DNA of 63,258 nucleotides, the filler included. It is 7 parts of 7 records of this genome, joined end to end, with 100 filler letters (N's around TTAATTAATTAA, not from the genome) between each part and the next. Parts side by side here need not be neighbours in the genome. Positions count along the whole stretch, not along the records: positions 10,001 to 18,525 come from SRR2962707_2675; positions 18,626 to 27,082 come from SRR2962707_2676; 5 more parts are not named here. The stretch is one strand, 5' to 3'. The notes beneath the pieces are model-generated. The model was given only the letters and a program-made list of their open reading frames with translations. It did not search any database and had not been told where the DNA came from. A program made the translations under genes and the position numbers. Below are positions 10,322-20,424 of this stretch, piece by piece. How positions within the stretch are numbered: position 1 is the first letter of the stretch; every line of letters starts with the position of its first letter.

Positions 10322-11110
10322 ATGCTGCCAAAATTCTTAGCTATTACATTGTCGGTGTTAATATTGTTCAACCTGACAGCTTGCGGTTCTGGCTCTACAA
10401 GTAATAAACCTGAGCAATCAACACAACCTGATACGACTCCTGTCGATAATAGTGCAATCGCTGATTACCGGGTGATTATTTATGGTAACAGTCACAGTGC
10501 GCAATTAGGCGCAATGCTTAAAACACTTGTCACTAGTCAGCTGCCAAACAGTACAATAGAAACAGTAACAATAAGTGGTCGATTTTTAGATGAGATTGTC
10601 GCCGTGACTGGAAATTTAGAACAATTACAGCAAAACAGTTGGAGCCACGCTATATTTCAAGGACAAAAATATTCCCAATCAGGAACCGTTGATTACCCTA
10701 CAGATGAGACCCGGCGTTTAATCGCAACTGCCAAGACAAACAATATCATGCCTATTTTATTCCCTGAGCACCCGCAACGTGGCAATCCTGCTGAAGCTGA
10801 TCGTGTCTATAATTTACATCAATCGATTAGCCAACAAGAGCCCAGTTGTGTTGCACCTGTAGGTCTGGTTTGGAATCGTGTATTAGCCGCGATGCCAACA
10901 GCTAAGTTGTACAATGCTGATGGAAACCATGCCTCTTATGCAGGTAATATGCTGACCGCCATGACCTTTTATGAAGTTATCACTGGTGAATTAGCCGATG
11001 CAATCCCCTTCACTTCGGCTCTTGAATTAGAGCAACAACAACACGCTCTGTTTGGGCAAATTGTTACTCAAGTACTCGCTGAACATCCCGCTTGTCCTAA
11101 CGCTAATTAG
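10322..11110 (+). CDS. Lipoprotein with SGNH/GDSL-like hydrolase domain
   Basis: Lipobox LTAC; IIYGNSH (block I) and DGNH (block V) motifs. Confidence 0.7.
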   Translation: MLPKFLAITLSVLILFNLTACGSGSTSNKPEQSTQPDTTPVDNSAIADYRVIIYGNSHSAQLGAMLKTLVTSQLPNSTIETVTISGRFLDEIVAVTGNLEQLQQNSWSHAIFQGQKYSQSGTVDYPTDETRRLIATAKTNNIMPILFPEHPQRGNPAEADRVYNLHQSISQQEPSCVAPVGLVWNRVLAAMPTAKLYNADGNHASYAGNMLTAMTFYEVITGELADAIPFTSALELEQQQHALFGQIVTQVLAEHPACPNAN

Positions 11111-11236
11111 CCCTTATTTTATGTGACAATTTAACTAAAAACTAAGTTAAGTTTGCCTGTTGTTATTTCCCATACTACCTTTTAGTAAAGCTGTAACTTT
11201 TGTATTATCTAAATGAAAATTAGGAAGGGAAATTAT

Positions 11237-11566
11237 ATGAAAAGAATTAGCATCGTTTTAATTTCAATTGCACTAAGTGCTTGTGCATCATCCAATACGT
11301 GGGAAGGTATGTCTGAAGGTGATATCGCGCAATGGAAGCAAATTGGCTTTGATGCACTACAAGCTCAACAATGGCAAGAAGAAGGCTTTTCGCCAGAATT
11401 ATCTGAGCAATGGTCAAGTGCCGGGTTTGACCTTGAAAGCGCCACTGATTGGAAAAAACACGCATTTAAAGCCGAAGATGCAAAGCGTTGGAAAGTTGCT
11501 GGTTTTTCATTAGATGATGCTATCGAATCTCGTGAAAAGGGACTAGCTCCTATCTCTAATAACTAA
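11237..11566 (+). CDS. Small lipoprotein with 13-aa WxxxGF tandem repeats
   Basis: Lipobox LSAC; five repeats such as QWKQIGFDALQAQ and QWQEEGFSPELSE. Confidence 0.8.
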   Translation: MKRISIVLISIALSACASSNTWEGMSEGDIAQWKQIGFDALQAQQWQEEGFSPELSEQWSSAGFDLESATDWKKHAFKAEDAKRWKVAGFSLDDAIESREKGLAPISNN

Positions 11567-11582
11567 TACCTCAGCTAGAACC

Positions 11583-11615
11583 AGTAAAATGGGTTTTCAG
11601 CAAACCCATTTACTT
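11583..11615 (+). terminator. Probable intrinsic terminator
   Basis: GTAAAATGGGTTT-TCAGC-AAACCCATTTAC hairpin after the lipoprotein. Confidence 0.55.
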
Positions 11616-11777
11616 TGCCAAAATCAATCCGTAGCCGATCACTTTACTATCAACTTAGAATGAAAACCGAGACTTCCTCGATTAGATAAATTAATAAAAA
11701 TAAATCGGTTTCTGTATATTTAACGTATAGATAGGTAAAGCAGTGGAACTACTTCCGCTGTTAAGCAAGGAACAACA

Positions 11778-11954
11778 ATGTTTTCATTTTTCAAAAAAGA
11801 TCCACTGAAACAACTCAACAAACAATACAGTGCTAAACTTGAACAAGCCATGTTCTCACAGCGAAATGGCGATATTAAAGGCTACTCACAACTCACCTTT
11901 GAAGCAGAGCAAATACTCGATAAAATTAAAACACTCGAAAACAATATCACTTAA
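11778..11954 (+). CDS. 58-aa conserved small protein (Lacal_2735/DUF6435-like), not in the ORF track
   Basis: AGGA RBS; MFSFFKKDPLKQLNKQYSAKLEQAMFSQRNGDIKGYSQLTFEAEQILDKIKTLENNIT. Confidence 0.8.
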   Translation: MFSFFKKDPLKQLNKQYSAKLEQAMFSQRNGDIKGYSQLTFEAEQILDKIKTLENNIT

Positions 11955-12072
11955 ATAAGCCACTGCTATTTTTTTCGAGAGCGCAAGTATCTATGTTCTA
12001 AGCCCAAGGCCTTTAAGCTAGGTTACTTTGAAAACTAAGAGATCAAGAAGTGCAGATGCGATAGGTAAGTTT

Positions 12073-12639
12073 TTACGCTTTACTATTATTTTGCTGTAAG
12101 TCATCCACTAATAAACCGTATAAGGCTGAATCTGAAATCACACCATTGATTTCCCAGCGTTTACGTAATAATCCCTCTTTAATAAAACCAAGACGTTCAA
12201 GTGCTTTTGCCGATGCAATATTGTCAGGATCCAATTCTGCCTCAATCCGCCTTAAGCCAATCTCTTGAAAGCCATAGTTTAGTAATGCTTGTACTGCTTC
12301 AAAAACCAGCCCTTTCCCCCAGTATTGAGGACTGAGAGCATAACCAATTTCAGCACGCTTTGAATCAGGTACATAGTTATGCAGCATACATTTACCAATC
12401 AACTGTTGGGTCGATTTTAAAATAATGGCCAAACAAACTTGTTTTTGTTGTTCGCTGGCAGCCTGGCTTGAGGCAATAAAATCAACGGCATCATCGTGTG
12501 ACTGCCAAGGAGGTGTATGCCAATACTCCATAACGATTGGATCTGCAAAAATAGCGAGTAAACCCTCAGCATCATTAATATGCAGTGGTCGTAGTTGCAG
12601 ACGTTCAGTGTCGATTATAGGCATAAACTTATTAGGCAT
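12073..12639 (-). CDS. RimJ/RimL-type GNAT acetyltransferase
   Basis: TERLQLRPL, AEIGYAL, YWGKG, NIASAKALERLGF. Confidence 0.88.
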   Translation of the reverse strand: MPNKFMPIIDTERLQLRPLHINDAEGLLAIFADPIVMEYWHTPPWQSHDDAVDFIASSQAASEQQKQVCLAIILKSTQQLIGKCMLHNYVPDSKRAEIGYALSPQYWGKGLVFEAVQALLNYGFQEIGLRRIEAELDPDNIASAKALERLGFIKEGLLRKRWEINGVISDSALYGLLVDDLQQNNSKA

Positions 12640-12724
12640 AGCATCTCCTTGAAGCAATTAATCCAAAAAAAGCAGCCTAACTTAGTTCCTAATTTAGTTC
12701 AAATTAATACGAGCAAAATACTAA

Positions 12725-13372
12725 TTAGAGTGCTTTTAAAACTCGATCTTTACGGGGTAAATAGTAGTCATCATAATCAAGAGAAACGATCACTCGCTTA
12801 GCTCTACCAAGCAATTCGGCTCTAGGAACTAAACCTATCACTCTGGAGTCAGCACTATTATCACGGTTATCACCCATTGCTAGATACATGTTTTCAGGAA
12901 TGATAACAGGTGCAAAATTTTGCATTGCAGAGCGCTGTTTAGACAATTTAACTGCGTGCTTTATACCATGAAGATTCTCTATCTCTACGCGATTTATAGC
13001 GGTTTCACTCACTGGATCATAATTTAATTTTTCACCATTGATCACTAACTGATTATCGACCAAAGCTACGCTGTCACCGGGTACACCTACAACCCGTTTT
13101 ATCAACCGATTTTGCGCTGCAACAGAATCAAATACAATAATATCGCCTGCTTGCGGCTCTGCCAGTTGCAGCAATGAAATTTTCGTAAACGGCACCCGTA
13201 AATCGTAGGCCATTTTATCGGTAAAAATGCGGTCCCCTTCGACAATCGTTGGCTTCATTGAGCCTGTAGGTACTTCGTACCAATCGGCTACTGCGCTTCT
13301 AAACACACACATAAGCGAAATAAATACGATTAGGGAGCGGTTATTTTTCCATATTTTATACAGGTATTTCAT
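12725..13372 (-). CDS. lepB: Signal peptidase I (short paralogue)
   Basis: PTGSMKPT (catalytic Ser), LIKRVVGVPGD (catalytic Lys), GDNRDNSADSR. Confidence 0.88.
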   Translation of the reverse strand: MKYLYKIWKNNRSLIVFISLMCVFRSAVADWYEVPTGSMKPTIVEGDRIFTDKMAYDLRVPFTKISLLQLAEPQAGDIIVFDSVAAQNRLIKRVVGVPGDSVALVDNQLVINGEKLNYDPVSETAINRVEIENLHGIKHAVKLSKQRSAMQNFAPVIIPENMYLAMGDNRDNSADSRVIGLVPRAELLGRAKRVIVSLDYDDYYLPRKDRVLKAL

Positions 13373-13563
13373 TATGTTGAATCCATTTAATTTACTGATC
13401 TTAAATAGACACATTCTGTATTTATACGTTCAGTTAACTTTGTAACAAAGTATGTCTTTGTGCTACTTAAAATAAGCTTTTAATACCACTCGTTTGTCGT
13501 AGTGATTTTTTAGCTAATTTAAAGGATACTATTTGGAAACAAATAATAATTACTACAAAATAT

Positions 13564-14262
13564 ATGGAAATTACTCAAGCCAAAACAACACTCGATAGCA
13601 AAGCCAAATTTTGTTTAGACCTCTTACCTGGCAAAATAATTGATATTCAATTTACCAACCCATTAACTGTTAGATTTAAATTGACCTTGATTGGCTATGA
13701 GGCAGGTAAGTACTTAATTTTAAAGTACCCTCCCCAAGCAAAAAACAGTCAGTATAGCGATGTGTTAAAAGAAGGTAATGGCGCAATAGTACGTTACATT
13801 GTTGAAGGTGAACGAGGTGAGTGTGTCGCATTTTCAACGACAATTTTAGCCATTGCCGTTCGACCAGAAAAATTAATCTACCTTACTTATCCTAAACAAA
13901 TTGAAAGCCGACAACTACGTGAAGTAAATAGATTACAAACCCATATTCCAGCCAAAATTAGTATCAACAAAGATCAAAGATTTGACAGCGAAAATCTACT
14001 GCAAGGGATCATCATTGATATTTCCACCACCGGTTGTCGCTTTACCGTACATGTTAATTCTGGGTTCTTGGCTCTTAAAAAACGCCAAGTCTTCGTGCAC
14101 TTACTATCCCCCATAGACAATGAAGCCGTAGTGATAAGCGCTCATGTGCGAAATAACCAGATGCAAGGCAACCGTTTAAATGTTGGGATTGAATTTGCGG
14201 GAGCAGAGCAGCAAAAAATGCATAATTTACTAGCCGCATACGCAATTGATATTGGCCAATGA
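13564..14262 (+). CDS. PilZ-domain (YcgR/flagellar brake-like) c-di-GMP receptor
   Basis: RxxxR (REVNR) and DISTTG motifs. Confidence 0.8.
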   Translation: MEITQAKTTLDSKAKFCLDLLPGKIIDIQFTNPLTVRFKLTLIGYEAGKYLILKYPPQAKNSQYSDVLKEGNGAIVRYIVEGERGECVAFSTTILAIAVRPEKLIYLTYPKQIESRQLREVNRLQTHIPAKISINKDQRFDSENLLQGIIIDISTTGCRFTVHVNSGFLALKKRQVFVHLLSPIDNEAVVISAHVRNNQMQGNRLNVGIEFAGAEQQKMHNLLAAYAIDIGQ

Positions 14263-14275
14263 GTACCCATTCAAT

Positions 14276-14734
14276 ATGAAGTTAATTAAACCTACAGAGA
14301 ATCATCTCACAACAATGATGGGTTGGTTTTCTAATGAGCAAGAACTAAGCAATTGGTCGGGTCCAAATTTCAGGTTTCCCCTTAATTTATATTCGTTTAC
14401 TGAAGATCTCAACATGGGCTCACTGAATTCATTTGCACTTATATCAAATACGTCAGAGCTTTTAGCATTCGGGCAGTTTTATCAACGTTTAGATAAATGC
14501 CATTTAGGTCGATTGGTAGTGAACCCTCAGTTTCGCGGGAAAGGGATTGTAGGAAAACTGATGTCTCATTTATGTGAGCGAGGACGACAAGAGTTAAAAC
14601 TAAACGAGTATTCTTTGTTTGTTTTAGCGCATAATGAAAGTGCTATCAAATCTTATCAGAAATTTGGCTTCACATTTGCAGACTATCCCGATGAAATACC
14701 ATTAGCTAATTGCTTATACATGGTTAAATCATAA
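14276..14734 (+). CDS. GNAT acetyltransferase
   Basis: LGRLVVNPQFRGKG, NESAIKSYQKFGF. Confidence 0.85.
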   Translation: MKLIKPTENHLTTMMGWFSNEQELSNWSGPNFRFPLNLYSFTEDLNMGSLNSFALISNTSELLAFGQFYQRLDKCHLGRLVVNPQFRGKGIVGKLMSHLCERGRQELKLNEYSLFVLAHNESAIKSYQKFGFTFADYPDEIPLANCLYMVKS

Positions 14735-14767
14735 TTTCAGCGGTTCAACGCTTAAATTACAAGGTTC

Positions 14768-14811
14768 AGCTGTCAGCTCTACTCTAATTAACAAAACCAG
14801 AGCTGACAGCT
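14768..14811. terminator. Hairpin between convergent genes
   Basis: AGCTGTCAGCTCT...AGAGCTGACAGCT 13-bp inverted repeat. Confidence 0.55.
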
Positions 14812-14824
14812 TACAAATCAACGC

Positions 14825-15079
14825 TTATTGATTTTTATACTGATCTTTGGCTTTTTCAAGCTCGCTATCGGTTATACCTAAAGAGGCTGCTGCTTCTTTA
14901 ATTAACTGTGGCTGAGTCATTACCAAAGCCATTAACGCTTGCAGTTTCTCTGGTGGAATACCAAGCTGCTGGACCAGAGCCATTGCCATCATTGGGTTTT
15001 GAGTAAACGCTTGAAAAAGCTCATGCACTTTTTCGTCGCTTACGTTATGTTCTTTCAATGTTGCTATAATTGGATTCAT
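14825..15079 (-). CDS. DUF2999-like small protein
   Basis: MNPIIATLKEHNVSDEKV...LGIPPEKLQ, resembles a conserved Alteromonadales/Vibrio small protein. Confidence 0.7.
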   Translation of the reverse strand: MNPIIATLKEHNVSDEKVHELFQAFTQNPMMAMALVQQLGIPPEKLQALMALVMTQPQLIKEAAASLGITDSELEKAKDQYKNQ

Positions 15080-15155
15080 ATTCTTGCCTTACATCGCTTT
15101 TTAGTTACCTCCGTTATATGGGCATATAAATCAATTTTAAACCTACACAATTGAA

Positions 15156-16118
15156 TTACTGAACTGTTAATATTACTTTTCCGGCATTTTCGTTACGCTC
15201 TAATATTTCATGCGCCTGCATAGCCTGTTGCCACGGCAGCGTTTCATAAATATTAAAATCAAAGCGTTGATTAGCGATATCATCATAAAACATTGCAACA
15301 AATTCATCGCGAAGTTGACGTTTGAATGCTTGGCTACGATTGCGCAGTGTTGATGCATGAAACGAAATACGTTTTTGCAATAAACGAGCAAAGTCTACTT
15401 CTGCAAAGCGGCCATCTAAAAACGCTAACATAATGATTTGACAATCCATTGCGGCAATCTCAGCATTTTTATTTAAATAGCGCCCTGAGACAGGATCAAC
15501 AATAACGTTAGCCGTTAACTGATGGTGTTGCATGTATTCAACAAAATCGGTGGTTTTATAGTTAATCACGTGATCGGCACCGAGATCTTTAGCATGCTGA
15601 CATTTTTCATCACTGCCGGCGGTGATCACCACCGTTGCACCAACACGTTTAGCCATTTGAATTGCCGCACCGCCTACACCGCTGGCACCTGCATGAATTA
15701 GTGCAGTTTGCTCTTGCTGTAAATTACCCAACTGAAACAGTGCGCCAAAGGCAGTTAAGTAGACTTCACTGATTGCTGCACCTTGCGCCATAGTGAGGCT
15801 TTTTGGTAACTGCATCAATTGGCTTGCATCAACAGCCACATATTCGCTATACGCACCGCCCGAACACAAGCTAAACACCGCTTGATTAAGCCAGTCATTA
15901 TCTACCTCAGCACCAAGCGCTACCACAGTTCCTGCGCACTCTAACCCTAAAATTGGGCTGTCGCCTTTAGGTGCGGGGTACTTGCCTTGGCGCTGCATGC
16001 AATCGGCACGATTAACTCCTATTGCCGCCACTTTCACTAACACTTCATAAGGCTGTAACTGTGGCTTTTCAGTTTCGCTCAAGCTCAATTGCTGGTCGTG
16101 ATGAGATATAAATTGCAT
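15156..16118 (-). CDS. NAD(P)H-quinone oxidoreductase (MDR/PIG3 family)
   Basis: GVNRAD..QRQGKYP, ILGLEC, IHAGASGVG. Confidence 0.88.
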   Translation of the reverse strand: MQFISHHDQQLSLSETEKPQLQPYEVLVKVAAIGVNRADCMQRQGKYPAPKGDSPILGLECAGTVVALGAEVDNDWLNQAVFSLCSGGAYSEYVAVDASQLMQLPKSLTMAQGAAISEVYLTAFGALFQLGNLQQEQTALIHAGASGVGGAAIQMAKRVGATVVITAGSDEKCQHAKDLGADHVINYKTTDFVEYMQHHQLTANVIVDPVSGRYLNKNAEIAAMDCQIIMLAFLDGRFAEVDFARLLQKRISFHASTLRNRSQAFKRQLRDEFVAMFYDDIANQRFDFNIYETLPWQQAMQAHEILERNENAGKVILTVQ

Positions 16119-16145
16119 TGTCGCTCCTAGATCGGTTGACTAAAT

Positions 16146-16538
16146 TTAATCAATTTTACGCCATACTTCGGCTTCAACTAACTTACCATTTTCAGTTAAA
16201 GAATGATGCCATAAATTACCTTCGATTTTGTAATCAAAGGCCATGGTTTTTCCCAATAACGAGGGAATATTGCCATACGCAAATGTTTCAACAAACTGTT
16301 GGTTTTTAAGTGTATATTTGCCGCCACCAGCATAATGAAATTCACCATTTTTTTGCGTAATGTAGTTAAAGTGATTAGCGGTAATTAATTTAATTGACGT
16401 AAGCTCAGGTGCTTTGGCTGTAACAAAGCCACCATCAACAGCATATTTTCCTTCTACAAACTCCCAACTACCTAGCAATGGATTAGCCGATGCAAGCGGT
16501 GAGGCAAGTAATAAGCTAGTTAAAATCAGTGTTTTCAT
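16146..16538 (-). CDS. Secreted hypothetical protein (lipocalin-like)
   Basis: Signal peptide ASA; LLGSWEFV and EVWRKI termini typical of lipocalin-like barrels. Confidence 0.6.
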   Translation of the reverse strand: MKTLILTSLLLASPLASANPLLGSWEFVEGKYAVDGGFVTAKAPELTSIKLITANHFNYITQKNGEFHYAGGGKYTLKNQQFVETFAYGNIPSLLGKTMAFDYKIEGNLWHHSLTENGKLVEAEVWRKID

Positions 16539-16621
16539 GAAATATCCTGTTCTGTCTTTTTATAGTGTTTTATCAATTGTACCTGTTACTTTATTAAACA
16601 CGTATCAGACTTGTGGCTAAT

Positions 16622-18412
16622 TTATACAAATCGCCAACTTTGTTTGTAAGGGTATACGTCATAAACGTAGCCCGCATTAATTTGCGTTTGACATTGCTGC
16701 CAAAACGCAGGGCTAAATAAGTCGTTATGCTGCTCACTAAAATAGTTAAATGCACGCTGATCCGCACTAAAAAACACCTTAAATTGACTCGGAAACACGT
16801 CATTTTCAGCAACGTCGAAATAGCTTTCATTACTGAGTTCATCAAAGCTATTTTCACTACTGGGTAATTGCCTAAAATGACACTGGGTGAGCGGGCAAAT
16901 TTCATCATAGTCATAAAAGACCACGCGCCCCCAGCGGGTGACGCCAAAATTTTTCATCAACATGTCACCGGGGAAAATATTCGCTCCAGCTAAGTCTTTA
17001 ATTGCTTGACCATAATCATGCATTACCTTGCTCAGTTGGTTATCATCACAGCGATTAATATATAAATTAAGCGGGGTCATTTTACGCTCCACATAGACAT
17101 GCTTAAGCACTAATGCTTTGTCAGCAATCGATATACTACTGGCGATATCAGCCTGCATTTGGGCAAGCAGTTCATCACTAAAACGGCTTAAATCAAATGC
17201 CAAATAGCGAAACTCATGAGTGTCGACCAAACGCCCTACTCTGTCGGCTTGTTTAACAAAGTCATACTTCGCCATTACCTGTGCTTTGGTGGCTGTTTTT
17301 GGCGCATTAAACTTATCTTTTATCACCTTATAGACATAATCTGAGCCAGGCGTGGTAAATACCAGCATCACCATGCCTGGCGTGCCAGGGGCGGTAATAT
17401 ACTTATCCTCAATGGGGCTATTTTTTGTAGTATCAACCTTGTAGCGATAGAACTCAGTTTTAGCATGCTTAATAAAGCCAATAGCATTAAATAGCTCAAA
17501 GCGTTGTTTATGAGGCATCAGTACAGATAAGTAATCAACATACCGCGCAGGTTGATCGGTATCGACCATAAAGTAAGTACGTGCAAAGCCAAATAATAAA
17601 CTGAGTTGATCCGCCCCCATCATTACAGCATCTAACTTTAAGCCTTCATCAGTATTTAAAATGGCGATCGCAAAAGGCATGTTATCACCATTTTTAGCAA
17701 TGCAGCGGCCAATCACGTAACAGGCTTTATTTCTAAAAAACAGCGAATTAGCGTATTCGATATAGCCGTCGTTTAAATTCATTAATTCATACACTTGGCG
17801 GCACTGATGCTTCGCACCTAACTTGAGCGTAGCTTGTAAATTATCAATGTCTTTAGCTAAATCGGTAAATTTAACCCGAAAAGCTTGGCGGTAAATAAGT
17901 TGCTGTACCGCGTGTGTAAAGCCATTTTGTAAGGAAATGCGACTGACTAAATTATCGAAAGGCCTTGGTTTTGCACGATATTTGGCTTTTAGTACAAACA
18001 AATGCACAGTGCGAATTTTTTTATCATCCCAAATCGAGCCAAAGGTCGAATTAAAGAAGGTATGCGCAATCGGCTGGTTTTCGTGCTCAGCGACCATTTG
18101 CCCATAAATGTGTTTTGCTCGTTGCCAAAGTAGTGGCTCGTTTAGTTCTTGAAAAGCAATGATCCGTACTGCTTCACTGACATTTTTTACTTGCCGTTCG
18201 TAGACTTGTAATCGCTCGCGCATTGCCGATTGTACGCCTTGCCATTGCTGTTGCTCAAAGCGACTTTGCGCCCCCAAAGTGATATTTAAAAATTCTGCAA
18301 ACATGGCTTCAAAACCTGCAAATACCGCACGTGCTAATTTAGTAGCAATCACTTGCTGTAGCGCGTTTTCTGGCTCATTTAATAATGGGTATTGCGGCTC
18401 TAATTCAGGCAT
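16622..18412 (-). CDS. aceK: Isocitrate dehydrogenase kinase/phosphatase
   Basis: APGTPGMVMLVF, YKVIKD, DRVGRLVDT, NIFPGDML, RVVFYDYDEI. Confidence 0.95.
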   Translation of the reverse strand: MPELEPQYPLLNEPENALQQVIATKLARAVFAGFEAMFAEFLNITLGAQSRFEQQQWQGVQSAMRERLQVYERQVKNVSEAVRIIAFQELNEPLLWQRAKHIYGQMVAEHENQPIAHTFFNSTFGSIWDDKKIRTVHLFVLKAKYRAKPRPFDNLVSRISLQNGFTHAVQQLIYRQAFRVKFTDLAKDIDNLQATLKLGAKHQCRQVYELMNLNDGYIEYANSLFFRNKACYVIGRCIAKNGDNMPFAIAILNTDEGLKLDAVMMGADQLSLLFGFARTYFMVDTDQPARYVDYLSVLMPHKQRFELFNAIGFIKHAKTEFYRYKVDTTKNSPIEDKYITAPGTPGMVMLVFTTPGSDYVYKVIKDKFNAPKTATKAQVMAKYDFVKQADRVGRLVDTHEFRYLAFDLSRFSDELLAQMQADIASSISIADKALVLKHVYVERKMTPLNLYINRCDDNQLSKVMHDYGQAIKDLAGANIFPGDMLMKNFGVTRWGRVVFYDYDEICPLTQCHFRQLPSSENSFDELSNESYFDVAENDVFPSQFKVFFSADQRAFNYFSEQHNDLFSPAFWQQCQTQINAGYVYDVYPYKQSWRFV

Positions 18413-18525
18413 ATTTTTATCACTTATGGCGACTATTTCTCATTATAGGTTTACACACCTTAGCAAGCAGGCTTTAATTTAGATAATTAATACAGCGAAT
18501 GAATAAGATTGATCAAATGAATATA

Positions 18526-18625
18526 NNNNNNNNNNNNNNNNNNNNNNNNNNNNNNNNNNNNNNNNNNNNTTAATTAATTAANNNNNNNNNNNNNNNNNNN
18601 NNNNNNNNNNNNNNNNNNNNNNNNN
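18526..18625. other. Artificial contig spacer
   Basis: N-run + TTAATTAATTAA + N-run. Confidence 0.99.
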
Positions 18626-18868
18626 GTAGATGCCGAAGGAGGCGTTGGAAATGCTTTCGTTGAGCAGCATCAGCATGATCAGGCCGGGAATAATGAAAGC
18701 GCCGTAGCTGATACCGTCGATCTCCACCATGCGGGAGCCAATGGCGGAACCGAACACCACGAAATACAGCGAGGTGGAAATCACCGGCGAGGCGATGCTT
18801 TGCAGCAGCGTGCGCCAGGTGCGGGCCATCTCGAACAGATAGATGGCGCGAATGGCGTGGAAATTCAT
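18626..18868 (-). CDS. ABC-2 transporter permease (YadH-like), 3'-truncated
   Basis: [25 protein letters not shown]...FIIPGLIML; overlaps the ATPase stop. Confidence 0.85.
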
Positions 18869-19824
18869 GCGGACTCCCTCCCGGGTGTGGTTTCATCATG
18901 GCGCGACTCATGGACCAGGTGCACGAAGATGTCCTCCAGAGAGCTTTCCCGGGTACGCAGATCGCGGAATTCGATGCCGTTGTCCTCAAGTTGACGCAAT
19001 AACGGCGCGATGCCACTTTGCTCGTCGCGGGCGTCGAAGGTGAAGGTGATCTCCAGGCCGTCCTCGGACAGCGTCAACGGCAGGGCCGACAGGGCTTCGG
19101 GGATCCGCGTCAGCGGCGTCACCAGCTGCACATGCAGTTCGCGCTTGCCCAGTTTCTGCATCAGCGCGTTCTTTTCGTCCACCAGTACCAGCTTGCCATG
19201 GTTGATCACGCCGATACGGTCGGCCAGTTCCTCGGCTTCCTGAATGTAGTGGGTGGTCAGAATGATGGTGACGCCGCGCTCGCGCAGTTGTTCCACCAGT
19301 TGCCACATATCCCGGCGCAGCTCCACGTCGACGCCGGCGGTGGGTTCATCCAGGAACAGGATCTCCGGTTCATGGGACAGTGCCTTGGCGATCATCACGC
19401 GCCGCTTCATACCGCCGGACAACGCCATGATCTTGTCATTGCGTTTGTCCCACAGGGACAGGTCTTTCAGTATCCGTTCAATGTGAGCCGGATTACGTGG
19501 CTTGCCAAACAAGCCGCGGCTGAAGGTCACCGTTGCCCACACCGTTTCGAAGGCGTCGGTGGTCAGTTCCTGTGGCACCAGGCCAATCTTTCCGCGCGCC
19601 GCCCGGTAGTGCTGCTGGATGTCGAAACCGCCAGCCAGCACGGTGCCGGCGGTGGGGCGGACGATGCCGCAGATGATGCTGATCAGGGTGGTCTTGCCGG
19701 CGCCGTTGGGGCCAAGCAGGGCGAAGATTTCCCCTTTATGGATGTCCAGGTCGAGTTGTTTCAGCGCCTGGAAACCCGAGTCGTAGGTCTTGTTGAGATT
19801 TCTGACCGAGATAACCGTATCCAC
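18865..19824 (-). CDS. ABC-2 transporter ATP-binding protein (YadG-like)
   Basis: [29 protein letters not shown] start. Confidence 0.92.
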   Translation of the reverse strand: MDTVISVRNLNKTYDSGFQALKQLDLDIHKGEIFALLGPNGAGKTTLISIICGIVRPTAGTVLAGGFDIQQHYRAARGKIGLVPQELTTDAFETVWATVTFSRGLFGKPRNPAHIERILKDLSLWDKRNDKIMALSGGMKRRVMIAKALSHEPEILFLDEPTAGVDVELRRDMWQLVEQLRERGVTIILTTHYIQEAEELADRIGVINHGKLVLVDEKNALMQKLGKRELHVQLVTPLTRIPEALSALPLTLSEDGLEITFTFDARDEQSGIAPLLRQLEDNGIEFRDLRTRESSLEDIFVHLVHESRHDETTPGRESA

Positions 19825-19915
19825 GGAGGCTCCTTGTGATGAGGCTTTGTTTCTGGTCGAAGCGGCTCGAAGTAAATCGACGATACCACCACGGTATTGC
19901 GAATTCAGAAAGAAA

Positions 19916-19946
19916 AAGCTACAACCTCAAGCATTGTTAAGGTCAA
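19916..19946 (-). promoter_or_regulatory. SoxR-type promoter driving the ABC transporter
   Basis: Minus strand TTGACC-19 bp-TAGCTT containing imperfect dyad CCTTAACAATGCTTGAGG (cf. soxbox CCTCAAGTTAACTTGAGG). Confidence 0.8.
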
Positions 19947-19955
19947 AGGTGAATC

Positions 19956-20417
19956 ATGGAAAGGCTCAATGCCGATAATGTGGGCAAGGCGCTCACCGTG
20001 GGCCAGGTGGCCGAACGCACCGGCCTTGCGGTGTCCGCCATTCATTTTTATGAAGCCAAGGGGTTGATCCAGAGCCGCCGCAGCAGTGGCAATCAGCGGC
20101 GCTATACCCGTGACGTGCTGCGGCGGCTGGCGGTCATCAAGATTGCCCAGCGAACCGGCATTCCGCTGGCGGAAATCGCCCAGGCGCTGGCCACCCTGCC
20201 GGAGGAGCGTACCCCCAATGCCAAGGACTGGGGGCGCCTGTCGGCCCAATGGCGCGAGGATCTGGACAAGCGCATCGAGCGGCTGACCCTGCTGCGGGAT
20301 CAACTCAGTGGTTGCATCGGCTGCGGCTGTCTTTCCCTGTCCGCCTGTCCGTTGCGTAACCCCATGGACGAACTGGCGGAAGAAGGCAGCGGTGCCCGTC
20401 TGGTGGACCCGGACTGA
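19956..20417 (+). CDS. soxR: Redox-sensitive transcriptional activator SoxR
   Basis: [32 protein letters not shown] [2Fe-2S] motif. Confidence 0.95.
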   Translation: MERLNADNVGKALTVGQVAERTGLAVSAIHFYEAKGLIQSRRSSGNQRRYTRDVLRRLAVIKIAQRTGIPLAEIAQALATLPEERTPNAKDWGRLSAQWREDLDKRIERLTLLRDQLSGCIGCGCLSLSACPLRNPMDELAEEGSGARLVDPD

Positions 20418-20424
20418 ACCAGGC

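Noticed and set aside
14728-14760. TCATAATTTCAGCGGTTCAACG after a GNAT, reminiscent of an attC left end
   Set aside because: No complementary arm or GTTRRRY; isolated; too weak
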